Shown piece by piece: positions 11,959 through 24,400 of a DNA stretch of 64,000 bases. How positions within the stretch are numbered: the stretch's first letter is position 1; every line of letters begins with the position of its first letter. A model generated the notes under the pieces. It made no database searches. It worked only from the letters and a program-made list of their open reading frames with translations, and had not been told where the DNA came from. The stretch spans positions 372,001 through 436,000 of the forward strand of contig JAYWIR010000062.1 in the NCBI GenBank assembly GCA_036172245.1, given 5' to 3'. The DNA comes from Raillietiella orientalis. Its lineage: Eukaryota. The position numbers and the translations under genes are program-made.

Positions 11959-13559
11959 CTGAAAAGGGAGAAAATGTCTGAAACAATCTCATTCCCTCCC
12001 TCTTTCTGCTGCTGCATGCCAAGCAAGCATGTGTGAAAGCCGTGTTACACTGTGCATACTGAAAACAGTCTGCCAGCAGCGGCAGAAGGAACGGGTTATT
12101 CGGTTAGACCAGCGTGCACAGACGCGGGGTTATCGAAAGCAGAGCGGTTGCTGTTGGTTCGCCAACCCGGCACTTACGATGGGGAGCTGGAATTCGTATG
12201 TTTCTACGTTAAAGCCACGCTCGTCCCTGGAAGCGCAAAATAGGTTTGCTTTCGCCAGGCCATCTTCTAGCAGTGCCTACACAAACGAACGAGGTAAGTA
12301 CAACGGCTGCAATGGGAAACTACAATGAGCGTCGTGTGATCTTTTCATGAAGCAGATTGCGTGGTCCGTTCTTCCATCCCGGACTCTCCGGCGATGCAAC
12401 CAGCTGGCATGCAATTCCAGAGACACCATCAGGGAGCAGTCGAAAAGATTCCGAATCGCCACCCTGCTCTAGAACAGATCCCCGGTTCAACGATCGGATA
12501 CCCTCTCGGCGAGGGGATCCCTTGAGCGAGGAACAGGGCGAACAGATGCAAAAGCATCGTGGCTTCGTCAAATTACGAACACGCGCTCGTGACGTGGACT
12601 TGCTGGTGAGGCAGGGTGAATTCGCTGTTTATTATGGTGGGAGCGCACATTCCATTTGATCATGCGAATCGAAAGCGCTTTTTACCTGAAGCCGAGGGCA
12701 CGAGAGTACAGGAGAGCACCAGAGCTCATGTAAATACACGTTTCTAGTGGCTGGACGTACAAGCACACCGGAAGAAGGGAAGGGGGCGAGCGAAAGGGAA
12801 AACAACTTTCTTTAGTTGACACGGATCAGTGTACGTGTAGTCGGCACACATCGGCAATTTCGCAGTCACCAGCACCGCTTCTTCACACGTGGAATCACGG
12901 GAAGCATTGTCGGGATGTACAAGGAAGGCGGGCGATGAGAAGCGAGTGGGGTGTTGCTGGCGTTCGCAAGAGGTGGGAAGTGCGTCATCCGCGCGAATTC
13001 CGCTCAAACGATTTATGAGTGCGCGAGCGTATATTTGGAAGTCCATGAGCTTTCCTTGACACGAAAGGGCGATCGAAGGAGAAAGAGGGCGCGAGAGAGC
13101 GGTCGCTTCGCGTATTCTGCTGCTGCGTGCTGGAGTGCGGCCAGGCAAGCGGGCGACTTGCTGTTCGCTGGCGAACGCACGCCCTCATCAATTGCTTCCC
13201 AGCAAACCGCCCGGGCGTAGAGCCCGAGACTACGCAGGTCGGCGTAAACAGCTGAGAGCATCTGTCGCTCCCACAAATGCATGTGGTGGAAAGGCACGCA
13301 GGCACCCCAGCGTACACACGCAGGTGAGAAGGTGCACCACCTGAGTGCGCGAGTGAGGGCGGCTGCTGCACCCGCTTGCCCAGGGCTTGCGCTGTGAGAG
13401 TGCCCTCGTGAGTGCGCCAGGGGCGATCGCTGGGGTAGCCGATTCATAGGGTGCTGTTCGCGTCAACCGTCGATCTCGGAAGCGAAAGGATGATGATGCG
13501 GAGGTGGAACCGGACGCTCCTCGGAGGATGTCCACCCAGCTCGGAATGGGACGACGCAC

Positions 13560-13852
13560 CTGCTTGTGGCACTCCTCCAGGTGCTTCATCAGGACGGCGA
13601 TGACGACGTTCACGAGGACGAACTGGGCCATGAGGACGAAAACGACGAAGAAGACGGGTGCGACGAAGGGGGAAATGCAGCAGTTGCGGAGGCAGTCGGG
13701 CGAGGAGTCGCAGGAGTCTCTCAGAGCATCCTTCATGATCCCGTTCCAGTTGTCACCCGTGGCAACCCGGAACAGGGTGAGGAAGGCAATGCCGAAGTTC
13801 CGGAAGTGGGCATGCTCTCCCAGACCTTGGCACGGGAACTCCTCATCGCACT
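13560..13852 (-). CDS. Ca-alpha1T: Cav3 exon: DIV turret, pore (D) and S6
   Basis: [42 protein letters not shown]...[24 protein letters not shown]; ccaag acceptor, gtgcgt donor. Confidence 0.95.
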
Positions 13853-14011
13853 CTTGGAGGAGGGAAAAGAGAAGGGACGATAACCCTCTTTTCTGGCGTT
13901 GCTTGATGACCACGTTTCACCCCTTCCCTCCCTTGCCTTTTCCGTCGCCCACGACCTTCCCATCCGCTCTTCCAGCCCTTCTTCAGCGAAGGCTCCCCGA
14001 CCACCACTCAC

Positions 14012-14161
14012 CCAGCCTGCCGAAGAGCTCCACGGAGAGGGCCGAGAATATGAAGAACAGGAGGAAGAACAGGAGCCCAAGGTTGCCCACTTGGGGTAGG
14101 GCCTGCATGACCGTGTTCAGCAGCGTTCGGATGCCTTTGGCCATCTTGAGCAGCTTCAGAA
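14012..14161 (-). CDS. Ca-alpha1T: Cav3 exon: DIV S4 end, S4-S5 linker, S5
   Basis: [50 protein letters not shown]; ttgcag acceptor, gtgagt donor. Confidence 0.95.
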
Positions 14162-14226
14162 CTGCAACGACGGGCGGTCACACGGGCCGCCTCAGTTGCC
14201 TCTCTCCCTCCCTTCCCCTGGCGCAC

Positions 14227-14357
14227 CTCGGGCGATCCGCAGGACCCTCATGACGCGGATGATGGTGGGGTTGATGGGAATGAGGTCACTTTCCATCTCC
14301 TCGAAGACGATGCCCAGGACGGACAGGATGACGATCACGACATCCAGGAGATTCCAC
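14227..14357 (-). CDS. Ca-alpha1T: Cav3 exon: DIV S3-S4
   Basis: [43 protein letters not shown]; ttgcag acceptor, gtgcgc donor. Confidence 0.95.
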
Positions 14358-15126
14358 CTGCAAGCACGGGCTCCAGTGACACGGGGAAAAGGAAGAAAAG
14401 GAAGAGGGGAAGAGGAGAAACTGTCTCCTTCGAGAGGTGATGCTCCTCGTCTTCGTCTGCAAGCCCCAAGGGGCAAGAAGCGGTCCCGGGGGCAGGAGAA
14501 GGGGTCCCGGGGCAAAACTGACGGAGGCGGGCGTATCCTGGGCAATAGGTCTGAAGCGAAGATAGGGAGGGAAGAGACGTGGAGTGAACGAAGCGGAAGG
14601 CATCTATCCAGGAGGGGGGGAGGGTGTTCTCGGTGCGGACGTGAATCTCGGGTAAACTCTGGACGAGGAGGGATTCCCTGCCCTTCCCCTCTTCCTCCGG
14701 AAGGACGGTGGATGGGAAACAGAAGGGTTGCTGCCGACAGGAAGCGACGCGAGGAGTCCACGGGGCAGGAGATGCGTCTTTTCCCACGCATACGGGATGG
14801 ATCCCGGGAGAGGGAAAGGAGGAGCGAAGCTGCTGACGGTGTCTTGAGATCCCTTGACCCTGCTTTCCCGGGCCCAAGGGTTTCTCCAGAACCGAAGGGA
14901 TCTCACCCTCGGGCAGCGGAGGATTCGTGGCCTTTGATGGAGGGGAAAGCGGCGCAGAATGCGGGGGACGGAAGAGAGGGTAGAAGGAAGGGAGGCAAAC
15001 GAAGAGGAGCAAGGAGGAGGGAGGAGGACCGGAGGCGGAAGGGGAGGAGGAGGAGGCAGAAACCCACTGGACTTTCTGACGTGGGATTTGCCATCTTACA
15101 GAGGAGTCTGGGAGCATCTAACTTAC

Positions 15127-15236
15127 TTGTCCTTGTTGTAATTCCTGAGGCCAAGAGCGACCGCTTTCGCGACCAGCTCAACGATGAACACGGAGGTGAA
15201 GAAGTAGTTGAAGATCTTCAGGGCGTAACTGAGCTC
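15127..15236 (-). CDS. Ca-alpha1T: Cav3 exon: DIV S2
   Basis: ELSYALKIFNYFFTSVFIVELVAKAVALGLRNYNKD(K); tttcag acceptor, gtaagt donor. Confidence 0.92.
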
Positions 15237-15988
15237 CTGAAATTCAGAGGGTTCCTTGGAGTGCCGCTGGGCGTCCCAGGCGAGCGCGTGCTCCCGAAGT
15301 GGCTCGCGTGGGAGAGCTCTGATGTGCCCGAGAGTCGAATCCTAGACCTCTCCCCGCCATTGTCGCACCCTTCGGAACGCTTCGCGCCATCGTCGCAGGG
15401 GACTTCTTCGGAGAGGGGCTCTCAAGTTCGGCCTCCCTGAGCGGACTCAGGTCGATAGGTCAGGGAAACCTCCCAAAGAGGATGTACGCTTTTTGGCATG
15501 ACGTCAGCGCGGGCGCGCTTCTGACGAGCTTCCAGCCTTTCTACATCCCCGCTCCTTCCATTCCAGAGCAGGGGATCTCGCGAGGTGGGAAGGGGAAAGT
15601 TGGCCGCCCTACCTTCGTATCCCAACCTCGCCTCTACCCTACTCTTGAGGGTCTAGGTCCACGAGGGGGAGCGACGCTCCTCTCGGGAGCAGGGCCAAGG
15701 CGCTTCTGGTTTGGAGCGCAGCATCCGAGGGGAGGGAAGTGATGCACGAAGAGAGGCTCGCGTGAGTCCCTACGCGGGCGTCACGCGTTTTGCAGGCGAG
15801 GCGCGTGGGCAGATCCTCCCCGGGAAGCAGAACCGCAAGAGGATCGGAGCGAGCGGCGACGGAGGACGCCACATGACGGGAGGAGGAGTATGGACGACGT
15901 TACCCGGGGATCTGTGGGGATGGTCGGTAAGCGTTTTTTTCCGCCAGCGGACGGGCAAAAGATGGCGACAGAGGCAGGAAATACCCAC

Positions 15989-16140
15989 GATGGGCATCTT
16001 GTAGAACTCCAGGGCCATGGTGATGACGTTGAGGCCGATGACTGCCGCTATGATCAGGTCGAAGTACTTGGAGGTCACGATGCGGTGCAGGAACAGTCGT
16101 TTTTTTCCGTAGTGGGCGTAGTAGGGGGTCCTGTGGAACT
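15989..16140 (-). CDS. Ca-alpha1T: Cav3 exon: III-IV linker and DIV S1
   Basis: FHRTPYYAHYGKKRLFLHRIVTSKYFDLIIAAVIGLNVITMALEFYKMPI; cttccag acceptor, gtgggt donor. Confidence 0.95.
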
Positions 16141-16263
16141 CTGGAAGGGAGAAGGCGCGGCCGGAATGGCCGCCAATCGGCAGGATGCCCCCCATGCACT
16201 CGTCGGCGCCGCCCTCCCCCTCCTCTCCTCGGGGTGGTGGACGGCGGCGGCGGCACAACTCAC

Positions 16264-16456
16264 TCTTTCGGCGGCGGGACAGCTTTCTGGCGCGTTTCTC
16301 CGCGCGCTTCGCGCGCTCCTCCTTTTCCTGGGCCTCGCGGCAGCGGTGGAAGTTCTCGACGACCACGCCGACGAACATGTTGAGGACGAAGAAGCCCACC
16401 AGCAGCAGGAAAGAGATGAAGTACAGCAGGCGGGTCTCGGAGTAGTTCATGACGGG
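16264..16456 (-). CDS. Ca-alpha1T: Cav3 exon: DIII S6 and start of III-IV linker
   Basis: [64 protein letters not shown]; ccccag acceptor, gtgagt donor. Confidence 0.95.
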
Positions 16457-16506
16457 CTGGGGTAAGGGGACGGAAATGGGAAGGGAGGAGAAGGCGCCTT
16501 CCTTAC

Positions 16507-16725
16507 CTGCTGGTCGACCCCCACCGCGTCCAGACCCGCGTACATGATGCTGACCCAGCCGTCCTTCGAGGACAGCACGAAGAGGGACATGAGCGCCTGG
16601 CCCAGGTTGTCGAAGTTGTACTTCTGGTTGATCCAAGAGTTTCCAGGAGTCTGAACGCACTGGACCTTGTCCCGGACGCTTTTCACATCCGCTCCGTGGC
16701 AGTAGTAGAAGGTTCCCTTGAAGAG
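16507..16725 (-). CDS. Ca-alpha1T: Cav3 exon: DIII turret and pore (D)
   Basis: [14 protein letters not shown]...[41 protein letters not shown]; ctcccag acceptor, gtaagg donor. Confidence 0.95.
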
Positions 16726-16776
16726 CTGGGAGAAGGGACGAGTGGAGCTCGGGAGGAGGTGCTAGGAGTCCCTTGC

Positions 16777-16938
16777 CTGTACGCCAAGGATGCCGAAGAT
16801 GACGAAGAAGGTGCAGCAGATGAGGACGATGTTGCCGATGGGCTTGAGGGAAGACAGGAGGGTCTGCACGACCAGCTTGAGACCCGGTGCTCTGTTGATC
16901 ACGCGGAGAGGTCTGAGCGTGCGCAGCAGCCGGAAGAC
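16777..16938 (-). CDS. Ca-alpha1T: Cav3 exon: DIII S4-S5 (ends at a GC donor)
   Basis: [54 protein letters not shown]|gcaagg. Confidence 0.93.
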
Positions 16939-16994
16939 CTATACGGATCCGGTTTCCCTGCCACTGTGGAGACGGCTCTTCCTCCCCCTATTAC

Positions 16995-17144
16995 CTTGAA
17001 GATGTTGATGATGCGTGATCCTGGATACGAGAACATCTGCATGACGACGTCGACGAAGGAGACGAGGACGAGGATGCCGTCCATGACGTTCCACCCCGAC
17101 CGAAAATAGGCGTCCTCTCCGTAAATCAGGCCGTTGGACACCAC
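16995..17144 (-). CDS. Ca-alpha1T: Cav3 exon: DIII S2-S3-S4 start
   Basis: VVSNGLIYGEDAYFRSGWNVMDGILVLVSFVDVVMQMFSYPGSRIINIFK; ccccag acceptor, gtaata donor. Confidence 0.93.
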
Positions 17145-17218
17145 CTGGGGTCAGCAGTCGTTCTTCCCCACTGCCCTTCTCCCTTCTCCCGTACTCCTGG
17201 GAGAGGCAGCAGTACCAC

Positions 17219-17411
17219 CTTGAGCAGCATTTCGCAGCCGAAAAGCGCCGTGAAGACGTAGTTGGTGATGTTAAGGAAGCGCCTCTCCAGAGAGTCCGGT
17301 GGGATGGTCGGACGCTCCATCGCCAGGGCGATACAGTTGCACGCGATCAGGAAGAGCACCACTTGGTCGAACCACCGCCTGGAGACGACGAAGTAGCAGA
17401 AGCGCCGGAAT
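17219..17411 (-). CDS. Ca-alpha1T: Cav3 exon: DIII S1-S2
   Basis: FRRFCYFVVSRRWFDQVVLFLIACNCIALAMERPTIPPDSLERRFLNITNYVFTALFGCEMLLK; ttgtag acceptor, gtggta donor. Confidence 0.93.
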
Positions 17412-17479
17412 CTACAAGACACAAGGGGAAGGTGACGGGAGGGAGGGAGAAAGGATACCCGGGAAGGAAGCTCCCTCAC

Positions 17480-18293
17480 CCGTTGCTAGGCGAGAAGCAA
17501 TACAGGGAGAAGCCTTCTCTGGATTGCAAGTGGCAGGCATCCATAGCCATCCTGGCCAGCCGCCGCAGGCGCGCGCCCACTACGCCCCCGAAAGTCTCTT
17601 CTCCTCCTCCTCCTCCTCCTCCTCTCGCGACATCGGGGTCGTCCCGGAAGGAAGGCGCGTCCTTGGCCGTGCGCCCAGAGGGGCCGGTGGAAGGGACTTC
17701 ACAGCCTCCGAAGGAGATGTTCAGCTCCTTCGGGAGGAGGGTGCGCCGTCGCCTCAGCTCTTGGACAAGGCGGGGTGGGCTCACCGCTCTGTGCTCCCTG
17801 GACGGGGACGGAGCTCCCTCTCGATCTTCACCCCTGCTGTGGACACTGGCGGAGGACAGCTTGAGGATGGACCGAGGAGGGGCGCTTTCGATGGGCATGG
17901 AGACCTTCGGTTCGGCGTCGGGTGCCTTGCTGCCCTGTGTCGACCACGACGACCAAGGGGAGGGAAGGCCGCCGTGGCACGTCCGCGCACCTCTGCCGAA
18001 GAGCCGCTCTTCCGGAGGCGAGCCGCCACAGCGTCCCATCACGCCGTCCCAGCTTCTGGAGCATTCCTTGCGCCTGTCTGCGGGGGCCGCTGCCGCCTCC
18101 AGGGAGCGCTCCTCGTCGGGTGCGGAAGACTCATGGCCTCTCCCGGCGCTTCCGGAGAGGCTCGGTAGACTCCGCCTCCGCGTCTTCCTCCGCCTCCTGG
18201 GTATGGTCGACCAGAAGTGGAGGGGAGCTTTCCGGGAGCGCTCACCTCTCAGTCGGCGGGTGTTCCCGGGAGGGTCCTGGCAGGAAGAGACTC
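17480..18293 (-). CDS. Ca-alpha1T: Cav3 exon: distal II-III linker (5' boundary uncertain)
   Basis: Long open frame ending ...REGFSLYCFSPSN-G, the Cav3 pre-DIII motif, with donor gtgagg. The phase-1 acceptor cgcgtag at 18295-18294 was chosen on phase compatibility only. Confidence 0.6.
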
Positions 18294-19922
18294 CTACGCG
18301 AGCGAGTGTCTCCCCAGAGCGCTCCAGAGAGCACCTCTGGGAGGATCCCCGACTCCCATGGCGTCGTCCGGGATCCTGGACCGAGATCCTGGGTCGACTG
18401 CTCGGGCGTCGGCGCCGTATTGACAATCAGTGGAACGCAATCGCCCAGGGAGGTTTCAGCTATGGGTGGAAAGTCCTCCCGAGTGTTGACGCCTCCGGAG
18501 AACGGGAAGAAAAGGGTGGGAAGGGAAGGGAGATTAGGGGAAGAAACAGGGATCCTTCGGACAGGCCGAGCCCTCCGTTCTTTCTCTGGGTGATTCTGGG
18601 GTCGCCCACCCACCTCACTCACTCGCCTCTGCGACAGTCTCTCGTTTCCTTCGGACATCAAGACACAAAGGCCGCCGTCATCGCCAGGGAGCGCTAGTGA
18701 CCCGACCTAGCAGTCGAGGGCTCTGGGAGTCAAGAGATTGCAGCTTGGGGACGGGTTGACCTTTTTCCCCTCCTGGGAGTGGTGCCTTTTTCTCTCTCCC
18801 TCCCCTATTTCTCCCCCACATGGCGTAGCGCATGAAACCCTGCCGAGGCGCGTCCATCCGGACAAGCATTGAGTGTGGGGCGCCACCACCCCTCGCCCCC
18901 TCCTCCCATTCTTCCGGATGGAAACCTCTCCGCTCCCTTTTCGCGAGCAGGCAGGGAACGTCGTGTGTGTGTGTGAGAGGAAGGAGGGGAGAACCAGCGA
19001 TCCAGGAGTCCGGGGGATACGGCAGAAATGTCGCAGCCAGGGAGTCTCGTGACGCCAAGCAGCTCTTCGTTCTTGTTCTCCTCCTCCTTCTCCTCCTCCT
19101 CGCGTGCCGGCCGCCCGCATAGCACACAAGGGACTGGCCGATCCCTCTCGGGACCGCTCCTCCCTATTCTGCTTTCTCCCGTTTCCACGGCGACGGGCCA
19201 GCAGAGGCGGATCTGCTTGCCACGCTGGAGGAGAGAGATCCATCCACTCAACGGGGCAACCCTGAGGGTCGGACCGGAAAGCAGCTCACCTCATCCGCAG
19301 GCCCTCCGACGGCCGGAAGGAGCGGGACCATTAGGAAAGAAGGAGTTTTTTTTTTTTTTTAGTGATGGCAGGGGCCGCACGACCGAGAGAGTTCCTTCCA
19401 GGACAACGGCACACTGTGGAGCGCTGCCTTGTCCGAGCTGCCTTGTGTCCGAGCGGGACGGACCCGGGCACCTTGGACCAGCTTTCGGACGGGCAGGAAC
19501 GCTTTCTCCCCCTCCTTTCCATCTCCATGGCGCGTGCCTCCTGGAGGTCCAGACCCAAGGGATCGCACGGGGGATGGGTTGCGTTGAACAGGATCGAGAT
19601 GGCGGGCCGATCCAGTTCTTGGATGCGCCTCTGTTGCTATCTTTTCGGCAGGCGGGCAGCCCCGAGGGATACGCACGCAGCTTCGGGTAGCGATCGGCTG
19701 GGAGATCGACCCACCATCTCCATCCTGTGGTGGGGTCCCAGGAATTTCTGCCGACATTCCTTGGGTCTCGGGACTTTCCCTGGGGCATTTCAGTGAGGCT
19801 TTCAGCAGAGGGATCCATCGACTCCCGAGACTGCTCCCACGCGGGGAAGAACCGGAGGAAGGGGAGGAAGGAGTGGGAGAGGGGCTCAGAGCAGGCCCCA
19901 GAAAGAGAGTGTAAGAGCCTAC

Positions 19923-20013
19923 CGTTCGTGTTCCCGGGGCTTCCGTCCCAGTATGGACTCCCGCCGACGTGCGACGGCAGCAGCGGCGCGCATGGCTCCT
20001 CCGAGGCGCGGAC
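19923..20013 (-). CDS. Ca-alpha1T: Cav3 putative II-III linker exon (VRASEEPCAPLLPSHVGGSPYWDGSPGNTN)
   Basis: cctttccag acceptor, G|gtaggc donor. Phases 0 to 1 bridge the neighbouring exons. No homology support. Confidence 0.4.
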
Positions 20014-20261
20014 CTGGAAAGGCACAGCAGAGGAGGGATGGTCGTGTCGAAAACGGAGAAAGGGAGAGTGGCTGCTTCCCTATTCGCCTGCATCCCCCCG
20101 GGCCCTCGGCCGGACGGTCAGTAGCGCCGGGGGAAAGCGACCCTTCCTTCCCGTGCGCCCACTCCCCCTTTCGTCTCGGGCGACAGAAGCGGAGGTGACG
20201 AAGGCGGGCAGGAAGATCAGGAAGGGGAAGGGGCGCAGTCTGACGCCGCGGACTGTCCTAC

Positions 20262-20381
20262 CGGGACGATGGCGTCGGCACCGCCCAGCTCGGCAAGGCC
20301 TCCCCTGCTGACGCTGCGCGCCACCTCCTCGCAGATCGACCGAATGCTCATCTCGCGGTCCCGGATGAGTTTCTCCTGCCT
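20262..20381 (-). CDS. Ca-alpha1T: Cav3 exon: proximal II-III linker ([23 protein letters not shown]...)
   Basis: ttcttccag acceptor 50 nt after the DII S6 donor; gtagga donor; 120 nt in frame. Confidence 0.6.
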
Positions 20382-20431
20382 CTGGAAGAACGGGAAGGAT
20401 GGCTGCCGCCCTCCTGCGGGACCAGACGCAC

Positions 20432-20587
20432 CTCGGACGAAAACCCCTCCACCAGGATGGCCACCAGGAGGTTGAAGAGGACGTAGTTGCCAAAGGTCAT
20501 CAGCACCACGAAGTACAAGGCGGCCCAGTGGGACGTCCTTTCCATAGCGTTGAACAGGACGATGTTCCAGTCCTCCTGGGTGAGGAT
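20432..20587 (-). CDS. Ca-alpha1T: Cav3 exon 13 equivalent: DII pore (E) and S6
   Basis: [52 protein letters not shown]; cttgcag acceptor, gtgcgt donor. Confidence 0.96.
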
Positions 20588-23500
20588 CTGCAAGAGGATG
20601 GCAGGTATCAGCAGCCCGGGAGATCCGAAAGGAGGGGGTTCGAAGGCGAGACTGCCGTCTACCCTTCAAGCGACCACTTCCAGCGACTCCTTCGCTGGGG
20701 ACGGAAAAGGGGGAATCCAGCGGAGCAGATAGGTGGCAGCCGCCTCCCCTCTGCACCGAGGGGCGGCTTCTGCCTTCCTCGGGAGGGCCCTGCAGGAGAA
20801 GGCCGCGGGTGGAGGAGGAAAAGTGGCGACTGTGGGCCCTCCCACCTACCGGGGAAGGGAGAGCTGACTATATTCCAATTCCTCCCTTTTCCCCACCTCT
20901 TCGCGGGCTTCCCTACCGGTTGTGCAGGGGAGGAGGGGAAAATTCTTTGTCTCGTGGTACGATTTCTCGTCCTCTTAACAAGAAGAGCATCGGCTGCCCG
21001 AGGTCTTCGAGATATCAGTGGTTCCGGATGATCTCCGCCTGGTTCGTGACTTCGTCCCCCTGCGAGATGCTGCCTTCCTGGATTCTCCCGAGGAGAGAAG
21101 GGCTGTTCGGAGGGTCATTTCTTGCGGGCATGCCCGGTTCTCCAGACGAGCAGAGCGACAGCGCTTCCACTACCCGTCCGCTCAGGGCCCGCCTGCAAGA
21201 CCGTGGGAGTTCCGGAAGGAAGCCCCAAGAGAGCCCCTCTTCCTATCGCAGGACGTTCCCCGGGAGGGCGGAAAAGGAAGACAGCTTTCATCCCGTGCAG
21301 TTCCCTGGCAACGGCCGCCCGGTAGAGGCGGTGCTCCTGACTTCTCGAGCGTCTCCTAAGACGCCGGCTTCCCAGCTCCCGGAGGGCGAGAGGAGGAGAG
21401 GCTCTGGCTGGGGACCTGCGCAGGGAGCTCGGTCCTTCCTCCGGGAGGATGCGGGCGCCCCTCCCGAGCGCTCGCCCTGGTAGCGTCCGAGAGCCCTTGC
21501 CTTCGCCGTACCTCGTTCCGAAAAGGGCTGGGGCGAAGCGAAACCGGCAGAGGGCAGCCCACTCTTGTGGGAGGAGAGGGTGAGCAGAGGAGGCTCCAAA
21601 CCCGAGCTCGAGGTGGGCGGGAAGGGACGCGGGAGCGGAGTTTCCCGGGGGAAGATCACGAAATGGGGAGCATGTGGGATCCATCAGGGCGTCTTTCCCC
21701 CTCCCATCCTCCGGCCTTCTTGAGTAGGAGCCTGTTTACCCAAAAGCACCCTACGCATCCTCATCCGTCCCACAGGAAGTCCGGCGAGGTGCCTTGCGTG
21801 GACTACACCTGTGCGCCCAGCAGTGGCGGATAGGCGCAAACACGCACCCTCCAGGAACGAAGCCTGGGGAAGAGGGAGGCGCAACATGGGTTGTAGGCGG
21901 ATGCGCCTCAAAAACAGCGGTGGTCTGCACGGAGAGCGAGAGGGAGTAGTGAAGGGGGAGGGACGACCTCCCTCCCCTCCGTCCCTGGACAACGGCGTAA
22001 GGGAAGCTCGCGCACATGAGAAGTGTTGATAGGTTGCATGAAGCGCGCGCTCCGTCCCCTTCAGGCGGGATTCCCCGTCTCTCCGCTCCCCTGTCTTCCC
22101 GTTCCGGTGACGTCGGGCTGCGGGACGGGGAGCTGCGGGGTGCGGACGTGACGAGGCTGCTTCAAGAGAGGCAAAGAGCGGACGGGATCTGCCGCCCATC
22201 TGCTTGCGCGGGCCTTCGCCCTTGCCTGTTGACCCGGGGAATCGGCGCCGTCAGGCGCGCTCCTTCTCCGGTTCCCGCGGCGTCCAGCGCGGCAGTCCGA
22301 ATGTGCCAGAGTCCACCCCGGACCTGTCCACGCCTCTGCTTCCTGCTGATGGACGGGTCTCACTTTTCCACGCGCCGGGTCGCGCTCTCTCGGGAATCCC
22401 GCGCTCGCGGGCGGGCGTTCGGGCGGACGGACTCGACGACGGCCAGCCGGAAGGATGTCGGCGCCGACAGCTGTTCTCCTCCCTCGGGGTGGGTGGGAGG
22501 AAGGGGATTGGCGCATTCTTGTAGCATACCGCGCGAGAAGCGGACGAGCGCCCGTGGCTCATCTTGCCTCGGCGACCGTGGGGGAAGGAAGGATGGGCAA
22601 GTCGATGAAGAGAAGGTCCAGTGGAGGACAAATCACCATCTCCGCGGGATACGCTCGCTTCAGCTTCCCTCAGGTAGGGATCGTCGGACGTCCTTCGGGA
22701 GATTCCGGTGGCCGGCGACCCTAAGGCCCTGAAGCGGCCGTGAGCTCTTGCGGTTCCACGAGTCCGGAGGGTTGCTGGGAAGAAAGGGTGCTGCGTCTCG
22801 GCGGGAAGCTCGTCCCTGAGTATTCCTCCCGAGGAGCAGCACCCCTGCTCCGAAGGAACTGCCCTCGGGAGGGGGCGGGACGCCCTGTCCTCGAGGAGTT
22901 GCCCTACGGCAACCTCTTTCCCGGAACCCCGCACGAGGAAGGCGAAAAAAGCATCGACCAGAGTTAAGCGCGTGCGCGTGCACGAGGAGGGGGAGGGCTT
23001 CCCTCGTCACCCTTCTCCTCATCGTCCTTTGATCTCAGACTGAAGGCCGAGAGGCGGTCCCGCTGCGCCCTGAGGCGAACGGGTTCCTAGAGTCCACTTG
23101 GCTCGCCAGTCGCTCCGCTCCGCTCTGAGCAGCGCGAGGCAGCGGGCACCTTCGTCTCCGCGGCGCAGGAGGGTGCTCACACGTGCTCTCTTTTGATTGC
23201 GTTCTTCGGGCCTACTGGGGTGGGGTGGGAGGAATCTGGGGAGGAGGCCGTGCTTAGATTGAGCTTTCTCGGTCGGACCGAAGACTTTGGCAACCCACCA
23301 GGATGCACGGAAAGTGGAGTCGCGAGCCTGGTGGGGTCGAGGGGGAAGGGAAGCTTCTGGGACTCGGGCATCGTAGTTGCCGAGCGACCCCTGCTGTCGT
23401 GGGGCTCGCGTGCCGACACCGCGTCCTGGGACTGCATTGGGTGGATTCGTCCGGAAGGGAGGGTTGCCACGACGTCTGTGACACGAGCACCCCGGCAGGC

Positions 23501-23599
23501 GTGCATGGTCCATCCGTGCCTTCCTCTCGCGAAGGTCCTCGCGGTGGCGTGCTCTGCCTTGCACTTCCTCGCTCGTGTACGCGTGGATTCACCTCGCCT

Positions 23600-24400
23600 C
23601 GCAAAGAGGAAAGAGAAAAATAGAGGACGTGGCTCGGTGGTATAGGACCAGGAGTCTCTCCAAGAAAAAGGGGAAGAAAAATGTCCTCTGGAACCTCTTT
23701 CCAGTGCGGGAAGATCACGTGAAGGGGCTTCCGAGGTTCATCGCACGGGAACACCTGGAAACAATGCCTCTGAGTCAGCAAAGACTTTCTGTATCTGCCA
23801 ATTCGGGATGTTTCAGAGTTCCAATGGCCTACTTTCCATTCCGGATAGATGGAGATAGCAGGATTCAGGTGGTGTGTCTTCCCCTCCACCAGTCTGCCTG
23901 CCTTCTAGGGTGCTTTCCTTCTTTTGGTCCACCACATACTCTGCTTCTAGAAGCTCCTACGCAATGCCCCTCCCCCCTTCTTTCCGGCTGGTGCCTCTTC
24001 TCAAGGGCATGGCGCGCGATCAGAGGCATGTGGCACATACCCGAGGCGATACCGAGATACTTTCGGAACTCCTGGCTCCGTTTCCTATCGCCACTTCGCC
24101 CAGAAACGATTGCGTCCCTCGTCCCCGGAGTACTCGGGGTCTTCTGTCTGGAAGGCTACTCTGTCCAGACCGGAGATTTCCCTCTTCTGCTCTCCTGGAT
24201 GGAAGCTTCTGTCCGCTGCACACCGAGCGACGGCTCCCGTCTTGGGTAGTCTGTGAAGGTCGAGGATTGGAACGCAGCGGGACTTGCAGCGTCTTGCTCC
24301 CGAGAGCAGCGCACAGAATGATCTGGAGGAAGGGACACCGACGCCGCGACACAAAGGTTCCCATGAGAGCCGAGATGAAAAAGGAAGAGCGACGAAGAGC
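23600..24400 (-). mobile_element. Possible heavily decayed non-LTR retrotransposon (RT) remnant
   Basis: Frame-broken peptides EFRKYLGI (cf. FKYLG) and HLSGMESRPL (cf. LLYGxExW) occur in the expected order. Weak, eye-level similarity only. Confidence 0.25.
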
